Assembly (NCBI GenBank): GCA_016176335.1 | Contig: JACOXI010000003.1 | Coordinates: 194,477 to 258,476, forward strand | From: Candidatus Daviesbacteria bacterium | GTDB lineage: Bacteria > Patescibacteriota > Microgenomatia > Daviesbacterales > UBA10151 | Length of the DNA stretch: 64,000 bases | Direction: 5' to 3' | Shown: positions 9,971 to 18,610 of the stretch, one piece after another | How the letters are laid out: each line of letters begins with the position of its first letter | How positions within the stretch are numbered: the stretch's first letter is position 1 | Made by a program: the position numbers and the translations under genes | Notes under the pieces: generated by a model | What the model saw: the letters and a program-made list of their open reading frames with translations, nothing else | What the model was told of the DNA's origin: nothing | The model's database searches: none

Positions 9971-11344
9971 ATGATTAAGTTAATGTCCTTTTACCTAAAG
10001 GCTCTGTTTGCTTTCACAGCAATCATGCTTTTTCTTCACCCAGCCCCTGTTTTTGCCCAAGCAGGGGGAGGGGGACCAGCCGGGATACCCCTGATTGAGT
10101 ATATATTTGCCAGAATAGTTTGTGTGGCTGTCCCTCTGGGGTATACAGCATTGCTGGTAGTTTTAGTATTTGCTGGAATTAAGTATTTAATCTCCGCGGG
10201 TGAGGCTAAAGCTGTTCAAGCTGCCCATCAAACAGTCACCTGGGGACTATTGGGAATATTATTCCTGACTATAGCCTGGTTAATCCTGCTGCTGATTCAA
10301 AACTTTACAGGAGTAAAAGTGACACAGTTTACCCTATCCTCATTACCTGGTGTACAGGGTTTTACTGGATCATGCTGGGCACCGGCACCAGTTGCCCCTG
10401 AACCACCGCCATCTCTTATGCAAACCACCCCTGCTAGCAACCTGATATCCCTTCCTCAAGATAAGCCGCTAGCTGCCGTTATTTTTGTTCGTGAATGTAG
10501 ACACTTACAAAATTTTATTAGAGCCAGTCATGTTATGCAGCCTCTTCTTCCAGCAGACCCTCTTAGGTTATTATATAACTCCCCTGCCGGAAACCCCTAT
10601 CCTAATTATGTAAACCCTAATCCGGATGATCCAGAATTGGCAGATCTTTTTGATGAAAATAAGGATGTACCAAAAGAGTGGCTTCATAATATTGCAATAG
10701 ATGCTTTATTAGTAATACCACCATGGTTTAGTGTCGGATATGAAATTGATGTTCCAAAAACAGTCACAAAGCTTCCCCTTAAAATAGCTTATATGCGTGA
10801 TTTCTCTCCTGTTGCTCCTCAATACGACAGATTTATTGGATATACCAGCCTAACGAGAGGGTATTTCCCACCAGATTATCCGGATGAATTGTTCTGGCAC
10901 TTCTATAACCTCGGCGGGACTAGTCACTTAATAAAAGTACCTGATGACCCTGATAGGCTACCTGAGCGGTTCAAAGAAAATCCTCCTCAAAGGATGCACC
11001 ATTATTTTTACAGGAGTAGTTACGGGTTTTGGATGGTTCCTAAGAATCGCCAAAGCGAAGTAAAAGACTCACCTTTTGTGGACGTCTCTCCTTGGGGATA
11101 TCTTACATCTGATAAAACTGTTGCACTATACAAAAGAGATGTAATCCCAGAACAGAGGATTCCTTTGGAATATGCAAATCATTTACCCTTTGGGCTGACC
11201 TTTGATCCAGAAGAAGCACTCAGGCTAATGGATGATACAACGAAGTCTAAGAGCGGGGGGTGGGGAACTTATTCATTTCCATCTATTATTTCTTGTCCGG
11301 AGGGTGAGATTTGGCAATTTCCAGTAAATATTCATGGATCCTAA
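9971..11344 (+). CDS. secreted protein with TrbC/VirB2-pilin-like N-terminal hydrophobic hairpin and a 330-aa Pro-rich C-terminal domain
   Basis: Sec signal ending VFAQA. Gly run, then two hydrophobic helices (IVCVAVPLGYTALLVVLVFAGIKYL ... GLLGILFLTIAWLILLLI) separated by a short polar loop, the arrangement seen in VirB2/TrbC pilins. The rest is unknown. Confidence 0.45.
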   Translation: MIKLMSFYLKALFAFTAIMLFLHPAPVFAQAGGGGPAGIPLIEYIFARIVCVAVPLGYTALLVVLVFAGIKYLISAGEAKAVQAAHQTVTWGLLGILFLTIAWLILLLIQNFTGVKVTQFTLSSLPGVQGFTGSCWAPAPVAPEPPPSLMQTTPASNLISLPQDKPLAAVIFVRECRHLQNFIRASHVMQPLLPADPLRLLYNSPAGNPYPNYVNPNPDDPELADLFDENKDVPKEWLHNIAIDALLVIPPWFSVGYEIDVPKTVTKLPLKIAYMRDFSPVAPQYDRFIGYTSLTRGYFPPDYPDELFWHFYNLGGTSHLIKVPDDPDRLPERFKENPPQRMHHYFYRSSYGFWMVPKNRQSEVKDSPFVDVSPWGYLTSDKTVALYKRDVIPEQRIPLEYANHLPFGLTFDPEEALRLMDDTTKSKSGGWGTYSFPSIISCPEGEIWQFPVNIHGS

Positions 11345-12065
11345 TAAGTTAGCTGAAAATATCAATAACAAGGGTGGGTTCAGAGCTGTATGGCAGTGGT
11401 TAAATCAATCACCAACCAGGTTAACAGGAATAATACTACTTGGTTTGTCTTTTGTATTGTTTTTGGCTTTGATGGTGATAATTTCTCAAAAAAACATTTC
11501 TAAAAAAACAGTATCTAATACACCTTATCCAAGCCCAGCTGCTCAACTGAAACAAAATATCCTTTCTCCCCTGCCATCACCAAAACCTGATGTAACTTTA
11601 AACTGGACAGTTCTTACAAACATTTATGGATTTCAGATTAAATATCCTTCAGGCTCCAAACTAACACCTGTCTTACCTCAGGCTTACTCCTCAGCCACAC
11701 TGCAAATAACCTCTGCTGCTTCAACTTTAGCTTTGGATATTGTTGATAAAAACAATCCAATCATAAAAGGCAAATCTTTAAAAGAAATTGTTGATTTAAT
11801 AAGGGAGAAAAATGCTACATCTTCTGCAAATATAACAGTCAAAAAGGTGCTCACTAAGCCTATTTTAATTCTTTATGGGGGGAATGAAGGATATGAGTGG
11901 TATTTGGAATCAAGTGGGCTGATAGGGTTGGATGCAACATATACCTCTAAGTTGGGTAAGAACCGCATTATTGAGTTTGATAAAAACAACAAACATTATC
12001 TGATCTTTACCAGTTTTGATGATTTGGGGGAACAGTTGTTATCAACTTTGAATATAATTCAATAA
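11334..12065 (+). CDS. hypothetical membrane-anchored protein (overlaps upstream gene by 11 nt)
   Basis: N-terminal TM helix, SPLPSPKP linker, extracytoplasmic domain; overlap with the upstream gene suggests translational coupling. Confidence 0.5.
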   Translation: MDPNKLAENINNKGGFRAVWQWLNQSPTRLTGIILLGLSFVLFLALMVIISQKNISKKTVSNTPYPSPAAQLKQNILSPLPSPKPDVTLNWTVLTNIYGFQIKYPSGSKLTPVLPQAYSSATLQITSAASTLALDIVDKNNPIIKGKSLKEIVDLIREKNATSSANITVKKVLTKPILILYGGNEGYEWYLESSGLIGLDATYTSKLGKNRIIEFDKNNKHYLIFTSFDDLGEQLLSTLNIIQ

Positions 12066-12089
12066 ATTTCGCGCTCACTCATGATCTGC

Positions 12090-12107
12090 GGGTCGAAAAT
12101 TCGACCC
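12090..12107. other. perfect 18-nt palindromic hairpin GGGTCGAAAATTCGACCC
   Basis: Between the 3' end of the 11334-12065 gene and the hrcA promoter; no T-tract. Confidence 0.3.
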
Positions 12108-12136
12108 TTGACAAAGATTAGCAGTCATGGTAGATT
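12108..12136 (+). promoter_or_regulatory. sigma70-like promoter of the hrcA operon (TTGACA-17-TAGATT)
   Basis: Consensus -35, 17-nt spacer, 4/6 -10; overlapped by the CIRCE operator. Confidence 0.45.
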
Positions 12137-12144
12137 AGTGCTAA
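12118..12144. promoter_or_regulatory. CIRCE operator (HrcA binding site) TTAGCAGTC-N9-TAGTGCTAA
   Basis: One mismatch per arm relative to consensus TTAGCACTC-N9-GAGTGCTAA; 5 nt upstream of hrcA ATG. Confidence 0.8.
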
Positions 12145-12148
12145 TCTT

Positions 12149-12874
12149 ATGGTTGATTTATCTGAAAGACAACGGGCACTTTTAAAAGCAATAGTGGAAG
12201 AATATATTGAGTCGGCTGAACCTGTTGGGTCTGAAGTTATTGAGCGAAAGTATGATCTTCGTGTCTCCCCTGCCACCATTCGGATTGAGATGGGAAAACT
12301 GACAGAGGCAGGTTTCTTACGCCAACTCCATACTTCTGCAGGAAGGACACCCACCTCTTTGGGTTTTAGGGTTTATATACAGGAACTGATGAATGAAAAA
12401 CAACTGCCTGTTACTGCGGAGGTTTCCATTAAAGAAAAGCTTTGGCAGGAAAGGTATAAAAAAGAAAGGTTACTGCAAGAGGCGGTGAAAGCTTTGGCAG
12501 ATAGGTGTGATATGTTGGGTTTGGCAACAGATAATGAAGGTCAGATCTACTTTGCGGGTGCTGCCAATATTTTGGATTGGCCGGAGTTTTATGACATTGA
12601 TGTCACCAGGTTTGTTTTGTCTTTGTTTGATGAGAACCCAAGGTTAAAAGAGATTATAGGGAAGGCTGTTGGTGCTGATCCGATCCATATACTTTTTGGG
12701 GAGGAATTGGGGTTTGAGGATTTGCGTCCCACAGGGTTTGTTTTTACAAGATATGAGGCAGAACCAAAAGAAGGTGTGGTGGGAGTGATTGGCCCTGCCA
12801 GGATGAATTTTGCTATGGTTTTGCCTTACATAAAATATGTCAGGGATTTATTAGTGGAGGCTGGACGAATGTAG
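12149..12874 (+). CDS. hrcA: heat-inducible transcription repressor HrcA (short, 241 aa)
   Basis: LSERQRALLKAIVEEYIESAEPVGSE...SPATIRIEMGKLTEAGFL...HTSAGRTPT matches HrcA wHTH; sits upstream of grpE-dnaK-dnaJ behind a CIRCE operator. Confidence 0.85.
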   Translation: MVDLSERQRALLKAIVEEYIESAEPVGSEVIERKYDLRVSPATIRIEMGKLTEAGFLRQLHTSAGRTPTSLGFRVYIQELMNEKQLPVTAEVSIKEKLWQERYKKERLLQEAVKALADRCDMLGLATDNEGQIYFAGAANILDWPEFYDIDVTRFVLSLFDENPRLKEIIGKAVGADPIHILFGEELGFEDLRPTGFVFTRYEAEPKEGVVGVIGPARMNFAMVLPYIKYVRDLLVEAGRM

Positions 12875-12918
12875 AATTCAGAGTTTAGAGTTCAGAATGG
12901 TGTAGAATTTAGAATTCT
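12872..12918. repeat. degenerate TAGAATT-type heptamer repeats in hrcA-grpE intergenic region
   Basis: TAGAATTCAGAG TTTAGAG TTCAGAATGG TGTAGAATT TAGAATTC; same unit family as 27541-27575 and 38522-38549. Confidence 0.5.
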
Positions 12919-12942
12919 TAAATTAATTATAAATTTTGTACT

Positions 12943-13539
12943 ATGGGTAAAAAAGCGAACGATCGAATAAATGAAATTATAGGGAAAAATAAAGAGCTCG
13001 AGGCTCAGTTAAAAAGAGCAGTAGCTGATTATCATAATTTGGAAAAAAGAGTATCTGAAGGAAGATCAGAGCTAACTTCTTTTATGGGAGCAGAATTGGT
13101 GAAAAGACTTTTACCAGTATTGGATCATTTAGAACAGGTAGTCGACCGTGGTCGACCTATCCTGAGCGAGCGAAGTGAGTCGAAGGACTGGTTTAGAGGA
13201 GTTGAGCTGGCTGTTAAAGAGTTAAACCAGGTTTTACAATCTGAAGGGTTGGATGAAATATCAGCAGATCCCTCGACTTCGCTCGGGACAGGCTCCGTAT
13301 TTGATCCAAGCCTTCATGAGGCAGTTGACACAAAGGATGGGGAAGATAATAAAATAATAGAAGTAGTCAGAAAAGGTTATAATTTAAATGGAAAAGTTTT
13401 AAGACCAGCACAAGTGATTGTCGGGCGGAAGCAAGACAATCATCCTGAGGAGCGAAACAGCGACGAAGGATCTAGTATGGAAGATTCTGGACAAGCCAGA
13501 ATGACAGAGAACGAAGGATCTGAAGGAAGTACAAACTAA
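12943..13539 (+). CDS. grpE: nucleotide exchange factor GrpE (with C-terminal acidic extension)
   Basis: [10 protein letters not shown]...VELAVKEL...FDPSLHEAV motifs; operon context. Confidence 0.9.
   Translation: MGKKANDRINEIIGKNKELEAQLKRAVADYHNLEKRVSEGRSELTSFMGAELVKRLLPVLDHLEQVVDRGRPILSERSESKDWFRGVELAVKELNQVLQSEGLDEISADPSTSLGTGSVFDPSLHEAVDTKDGEDNKIIEVVRKGYNLNGKVLRPAQVIVGRKQDNHPEERNSDEGSSMEDSGQARMTENEGSEGSTN
13267..13290. repeat. 24-nt in-frame repeat GATCCCTCGACTTCGCTCGGGACA (second copy in fusA at 50060-50083, 23/24 identical)
   Basis: Direct comparison of the two loci; encodes DPSTSLGT in GrpE and DPSTPLGT in EF-G. Confidence 0.7.
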
Positions 13540-13540
13540 T

Positions 13541-15496
13541 ATGGCTAAAATTGTGGGAATAGATTTAGGTACAACAAATTCAGCAGTGGCGGTGATGGAG
13601 GGTGGTAAACCCAAAGTCATCCATTCTGCTGAAGGGGAAAATATTATCCCATCAGTTGTTAATCCCACCAAAAATATTGTGGGTAGGGTGGCCAAACGCC
13701 AGGCTGTGGTTAATCCCAAAGAAACGATTTTTTCCATTAAAAGATTAATGGGTAGAAAATTCAAAGATGCCGAGGTTCAAAGAGATATTAAATGGCTTCC
13801 ATATGCTATTAAAGAAGGCAAAAATGGCATGGCTGTTGTGGAGGTGGAAGGTCATGAGTATACTCCACAAGAAATTTCTGCTCAAATTTTACAAAAAATT
13901 AAGACTGATGCAGAGAGTTATTTAGGAGAAAAAGTGACAGATGCAGTAATTACTGTTCCTGCATATTTTGATGATGCTCAAAGACAAGCCACCAAACAAG
14001 CTGGAGAAATAGCTGGGCTTAATGTGCAAAGAATTATCAATGAACCAACAGCTGCTGCGCTGGCTTACGGACTTGATAAATCTCACGCTCACACCATTGC
14101 TGTTTATGATCTGGGCGGCGGAACTTTTGATATCTCCATTTTGGAACTGGGGGATGGAGTAATTGAAGTGAAATCAACTAATGGCGACACACATTTGGGT
14201 GGAGATGATTTTGATCAGGTTATTTTAGATTATTTAGCAGAAGAATTTAAAAAAGAACAAGGCATTGATCTTAAAGGAGACAGACAAGCTTTGCAAAGAT
14301 TAAGAGATGCTGCTGAAAAAGCCAAAATTGAGCTTTCTTCCTCAATGGAGGCTGCAATTTCCATACCATTTGTGACTGCTGATTCATCAGGGCCTAAGCA
14401 TTTGGAGATGAAACTTTCCCGAGCCAAGCTGGAGGGATTGGTTAAATCTTTAATTGATAAATCCTTTAATGCAGTTAAGGCATGCCTTAAAGATGCAAAG
14501 CTTGAGCCAGGAAAAATTGATGAAGTGGTTTTGGTTGGTGGAATGACCAGGATGCCTGCAGTGCAGAAGGCTGTGCAGGAATATTTTGGCAAAGAGCCAC
14601 ACAAGGGTATTAATCCTGATGAGGTGGTGGCTGTGGGGGCAGCAATACAAGGTGGAGTTTTGGGTGGGGAAGTCAAAGATGTTTTGCTTTTGGATGTTAC
14701 ACCTTTGACTTTGGGAATTGAAACTTTGGGTGGAGTTAGAACGCCTCTTATTAACAGAAATACCACAATTCCCTCTTCCAAATCAGAAGTTTTCTCAACA
14801 GCAGCTGATAACCAGCCTGCTGTGGAGATTAATGTGCTGCAGGGTGAGAGGGAAATGGCAGCTGACAACAAATCTTTGGGAAGATTTGTTTTAGATGGGA
14901 TTCCGCCTGCACCAAGAGGAGTTCCACAAATTGAAGTCACTTTTGATATTGATGCCAATGGTATTTTAAATGTGTCTGCCAAAGATAAAGCCACAGGCAA
15001 AGAGCAAAAAATAACCATCACAGGTTCAACAGGTTTGGATAAGGCAGAAGTGGAGAAAATGACCAAAGAAGCAGAAGCTCATGCAGAAGAGGATAAAAAG
15101 AAAAAAGAGGGAATTGAAGTAAGAAATATAGCAGATAGTTTAGTTTATCAAACAGAAAAAACCTTAAAAGAACAAGGGGATAAAGTGCCAGCTGATGTTA
15201 GAACAGAGGTGGAGCAAAAGTTAAATGAGCTTAAAGATGCATTAAAAGGAGATAATGTTGATGATATTAAGACCAAAGGTGATGCGCTGGGGGAAGTTTT
15301 GCAAAAAGTAGGTTCTGCAATGTACAAAGACCAGGGTACAGGTGACAGTGGACAGGGTACAGCAGGACAAACCGAGGAAGCTCCAAAAACAGAGGATTCG
15401 TCATCCGAAGCTCCAGCGAAGGATGAGGCTGTTGAAGGTGAAGTAGTGAGCGAAGCTTCTGCTGACGCAGTAGAAGAGGAGAAAAAATCGGAGTAA
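13541..15496 (+). CDS. dnaK: molecular chaperone DnaK (Hsp70)
   Basis: [16 protein letters not shown], full Hsp70 NBD+SBD; 651 aa. Confidence 0.97.
   Translation: MAKIVGIDLGTTNSAVAVMEGGKPKVIHSAEGENIIPSVVNPTKNIVGRVAKRQAVVNPKETIFSIKRLMGRKFKDAEVQRDIKWLPYAIKEGKNGMAVVEVEGHEYTPQEISAQILQKIKTDAESYLGEKVTDAVITVPAYFDDAQRQATKQAGEIAGLNVQRIINEPTAAALAYGLDKSHAHTIAVYDLGGGTFDISILELGDGVIEVKSTNGDTHLGGDDFDQVILDYLAEEFKKEQGIDLKGDRQALQRLRDAAEKAKIELSSSMEAAISIPFVTADSSGPKHLEMKLSRAKLEGLVKSLIDKSFNAVKACLKDAKLEPGKIDEVVLVGGMTRMPAVQKAVQEYFGKEPHKGINPDEVVAVGAAIQGGVLGGEVKDVLLLDVTPLTLGIETLGGVRTPLINRNTTIPSSKSEVFSTAADNQPAVEINVLQGEREMAADNKSLGRFVLDGIPPAPRGVPQIEVTFDIDANGILNVSAKDKATGKEQKITITGSTGLDKAEVEKMTKEAEAHAEEDKKKKEGIEVRNIADSLVYQTEKTLKEQGDKVPADVRTEVEQKLNELKDALKGDNVDDIKTKGDALGEVLQKVGSAMYKDQGTGDSGQGTAGQTEEAPKTEDSSSEAPAKDEAVEGEVVSEASADAVEEEKKSE
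15332..15355. repeat. 24-nt in-frame repeat CAGGGTACAGGTGACAGTGGACAG (identical copy in infB at 21007-21030)
   Basis: 24/24 identity; encodes QGTGDSGQ in the DnaK C-terminal tail and in an IF2 G-domain insertion. Confidence 0.7.
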
Positions 15497-15640
15497 CGCT
15501 CCAGTCGGCAACCCCGCTCGCTTGCTCATCAACGCAAGCGTCCTGCGACTAATCGCCTCGGATACGCTCGCTTCGCTCGTCTAGGACTCACTGCGCTCGG
15601 GGGCAGCCTCCTTCCGCTCTCAGTTTCGATAAGTTGATAT
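15497..15640. repeat. GC-rich dnaK-dnaJ intergenic element carrying CTCGCTTCGCTCG and GCGTCCT...GGATACG blocks
   Basis: Unusually GC-rich for this genome; shares an 11-mer TCGCTTCGCTC with 55501-55512 and the ordered heptamers GCGTCCT/GGATACG with 55621-55660. Confidence 0.45.
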
Positions 15641-15649
15641 AATTCGATT

Positions 15650-16588
15650 ATGGCTAAACGTGATTATTATGAAATTTTAGGAGTTAATAAAAGTGCCTCG
15701 GTAGATGAAATTAAATCTGCTTACAGAAAACTGGCCAGAAAACATCATCCTGATGTGGACAAATCTGCTGGTGCTGCGGAAAGGTTTAAGGAAATTGGTG
15801 AAGCGTACCAGGTCCTATCTGATCCGCAAAAAAAAGGAGCTTATGATCAGTTTGGTCATGCTGCATTCGATCGAGGAGCTGGAGCAGGTGGAAATCCCTT
15901 TGGCGGTGGATGGCAGCAATATAGTTGGTCAACAGGTGGTGGTAACCCCTTCGGCTCCGCTCAGGGCGGGCCCAATATCCAATTTGATTTCGGAGGATTT
16001 GAAGATCCGTTTGAGTTATTTGAACAAATTTTTGGTGGTGGGTTTGGTGCTCAAATGAGAAGAAGGCCAACATATCAATTAAATTTAAAATTTGATGAGG
16101 CTATAAAAGGGGTTGAGAAAGAAGTTGAGATAGAATCAAGAAATCAAGCAGGCAGATTAGAGAGAAAAAGGATGAAGATTAAGGTTCCTGCAGGGGTTGA
16201 TAACGGAACCAAAATGAGATTTGGGGATTTGGATATTGTGTTTAATGTAGGAAGAAATCCGCAATTTTTAAGAGAAGGAGCAGATGTATTTTCTGAAATT
16301 ACCATAAATATTCCACAATTGGTTTTAGGAGATGTGTTTGAGGTGGAAACAGTACAAGGGAAAGTTAAGGTAAAAGTCCCTCCAGGCACTCAACCAGGAT
16401 CTTTGGTAAAACTTAAAGGAAAAGGCGCCCCGCGTTTGGGAAGTTCATCTCACGGTGATCATTATGTCAGGGTAAACCTTAATGTGCCACAAAATCCTTC
16501 AAAACAAGAAAAACAACTTTACGAAGAACTAAAAAATTTAGCCTCCCCGCCTGGCGGCGAGGCAAGCAGGAAAAAAGGCTGGTTTTAA
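15650..16588 (+). CDS. dnaJ: DnaJ-family co-chaperone lacking the Cys-rich zinc-finger domain (class B / CbpA-like)
   Basis: J-domain with HPD (KHHPDVD), Gly/Phe-rich region, C-terminal substrate-binding domains; no CxxCxGxG repeats. Confidence 0.85.
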   Translation: MAKRDYYEILGVNKSASVDEIKSAYRKLARKHHPDVDKSAGAAERFKEIGEAYQVLSDPQKKGAYDQFGHAAFDRGAGAGGNPFGGGWQQYSWSTGGGNPFGSAQGGPNIQFDFGGFEDPFELFEQIFGGGFGAQMRRRPTYQLNLKFDEAIKGVEKEVEIESRNQAGRLERKRMKIKVPAGVDNGTKMRFGDLDIVFNVGRNPQFLREGADVFSEITINIPQLVLGDVFEVETVQGKVKVKVPPGTQPGSLVKLKGKGAPRLGSSSHGDHYVRVNLNVPQNPSKQEKQLYEELKNLASPPGGEASRKKGWF

Positions 16589-16636
16589 GTCCTCTGATTT
16601 TCGAATAGTTGACAAAGTCTGGCGAACCTGACTATT

Positions 16637-18610
16637 GTGATTACAACTCCCATGAAGAGATTGTCGAACATAGCAGATTTCATTAAACAAAAACGGAAAA
16701 TTCTGGCTTCATTATTTTTAATCGTTGGTCTGTTAAGTGTTATGGTAGATGTGGTTATTCTCTCACAGCGTCCCCAGATTTACCATTCCAAAGCAGCCGA
16801 ACAAACAACTTATATTTTGCAAAATACTGTTGAATTTACCTCGCCGAAAACTTTTTACAGGATTTCTTATGATAAAAGGTATTGGACCACCAGCACTTTT
16901 GGCCCCAGAGTGATCTTTAATCTAAATAAAGAATATGGTGCTGCGAGGTTGGATATTATAGAAGGAGAAAGCGAAAAAGATTTAAACATTTTAACTGATG
17001 AAATAGTAAAATCATCTACGGTAACCCCTACTAAAATTGAACCTGTTTCATTGAAAGAAAAACCTGCCTCACTTATAACGTATAAAGAACAAGTTATTGA
17101 CCAGGATGTGTATTTTGAGAAGCTGATTGTCAAAGAGGGTAATAGATTTGTTACTCTTGAGAAGAGAGTCCCAAAATTGGGTTATGATCAATCATATTTA
17201 GATAACTTACTGCAAAGCTTTTCTTTTAATAACTTGCCAAACTCAGAACAAGTAAAAGGAATCTCGCAACTACCAGCGGATCTGACAACAGTTGAGTTGG
17301 TTGATCTTGTTAGACCTTCCATTGCCAATATTGTCTATGTTTATTGTTTGGATATTATCAATCTTCAACCCAATTTATCCCTTCTTTCAAAACCTCAATA
17401 TCAATTTTGTGGTTCGTCAAAAGGCTCTGGTTTGATTGTTAACGAGGGAGGGGTGGTGGCAACCAATGGTCATGTAGTGAAAATCTATCCCGAAGAAGGT
17501 TTGGTAATCAATCTTTTAAATATGGGGAGTAAACTTTTTACTGATGATTTAATTAGGGGAATCTATCTATCAAAAGGTCAATTACCCACACAAAGTCAAG
17601 TGGACGATTTTGCGAAAGAAATCAATTCTAATCCTCACTATTTAGACAGGTTGTTAGAGGAAATTTTTGACCTAATCGGGAAAAAGATTATATCTTTGAG
17701 TACCAGTGATGAGAAATATTATGTTAATGTGGGTAATGAACCGACTAAAATAGATTATCAAAAACTAGGCAAGGGTGATGTTTTAAATTCTGTTATCCCT
17801 TCCGGAACAACTTATACTGCTAAGTTATTAGATTTTAATTATCCTAACAGATATTCATTTGAGGCGATTGTCAACAAAAATTATAAACAAGGAGCTGATG
17901 TGGCTTTATTAAGAATAGATACTTCCAATCACTTATTTCCGGCGTTGGAACTGGGGAACACAGAGAATTTAAGAGAGGGTTCCGAGATAATTATTGCAGG
18001 ATACCCTACTTTAGTGGAAGGAGCGGAGGATCCTCGATCGGCAGTCAGTTTTAAGACTTCCACCAAGCCTAGTATTACCCGAGGAGTTATCAGCGCCGTG
18101 AAACAGGATGTAACCGGTAAAACTATACTCCAGACAGATGCTTCCATAGATCATGGTAATAGTGGGGGGCCCGGGTTTAACTCGTCTGGTCAGGTGATAG
18201 GAATAGCCACCTTTATGGCTGAAAGTCAATCCGGTAATTTTAATTTCTTAAGAGACGTATCGGAGCTTAAAAACTTGATGTCAAAAAATAAGGTGGAAAA
18301 TAAGCAGGATAAACTAACAAATTATTGGAGAAAGGGTTTAGATGACTTTAGAAATCAATACTACAATCAAGCTATTAAGAACTTTAAAGAGGTTGAAGCA
18401 TTAAGTCCCTCCCATCCTACTGTCAAAGAATTTATAGAAGCTTCGGAAGAAGCAATTGCCAGAGGAGAAAGTTTGGAAGGATTAGCATCTTTTGTTAAAG
18501 GCAAAAATTCCAATGTGTTACTTATGGTATTTGGGGGAATTGCAGTAATCAGTTTTATGTCTGCCGGATTTTTAACAGCGCTACCACTTTTTGCAAGAGA
18601 CACTAACTAG
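16637..18610 (+). CDS. membrane-anchored trypsin-like (S1/HtrA-type) serine protease with C-terminal TPR-like region and TM helix
   Basis: N-terminal TM; GSGLIVNEGGVVATNGHVV (His), DVALL (Asp), DASIDHGNSGGPGFN (Ser) catalytic triad motifs; C-terminal hydrophobic helix. Confidence 0.7.
   Translation: MITTPMKRLSNIADFIKQKRKILASLFLIVGLLSVMVDVVILSQRPQIYHSKAAEQTTYILQNTVEFTSPKTFYRISYDKRYWTTSTFGPRVIFNLNKEYGAARLDIIEGESEKDLNILTDEIVKSSTVTPTKIEPVSLKEKPASLITYKEQVIDQDVYFEKLIVKEGNRFVTLEKRVPKLGYDQSYLDNLLQSFSFNNLPNSEQVKGISQLPADLTTVELVDLVRPSIANIVYVYCLDIINLQPNLSLLSKPQYQFCGSSKGSGLIVNEGGVVATNGHVVKIYPEEGLVINLLNMGSKLFTDDLIRGIYLSKGQLPTQSQVDDFAKEINSNPHYLDRLLEEIFDLIGKKIISLSTSDEKYYVNVGNEPTKIDYQKLGKGDVLNSVIPSGTTYTAKLLDFNYPNRYSFEAIVNKNYKQGADVALLRIDTSNHLFPALELGNTENLREGSEIIIAGYPTLVEGAEDPRSAVSFKTSTKPSITRGVISAVKQDVTGKTILQTDASIDHGNSGGPGFNSSGQVIGIATFMAESQSGNFNFLRDVSELKNLMSKNKVENKQDKLTNYWRKGLDDFRNQYYNQAIKNFKEVEALSPSHPTVKEFIEASEEAIARGESLEGLASFVKGKNSNVLLMVFGGIAVISFMSAGFLTALPLFARDTN

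Noticed and set aside
14230-15066. 278-aa reverse-strand ORF inside dnaK (and other antisense ORFs in infB, tuf, rpoB, pnp, fusA)
   Set aside because: Antisense frames of highly conserved genes; Ser/Pro/Thr-rich translations typical of shadow ORFs.
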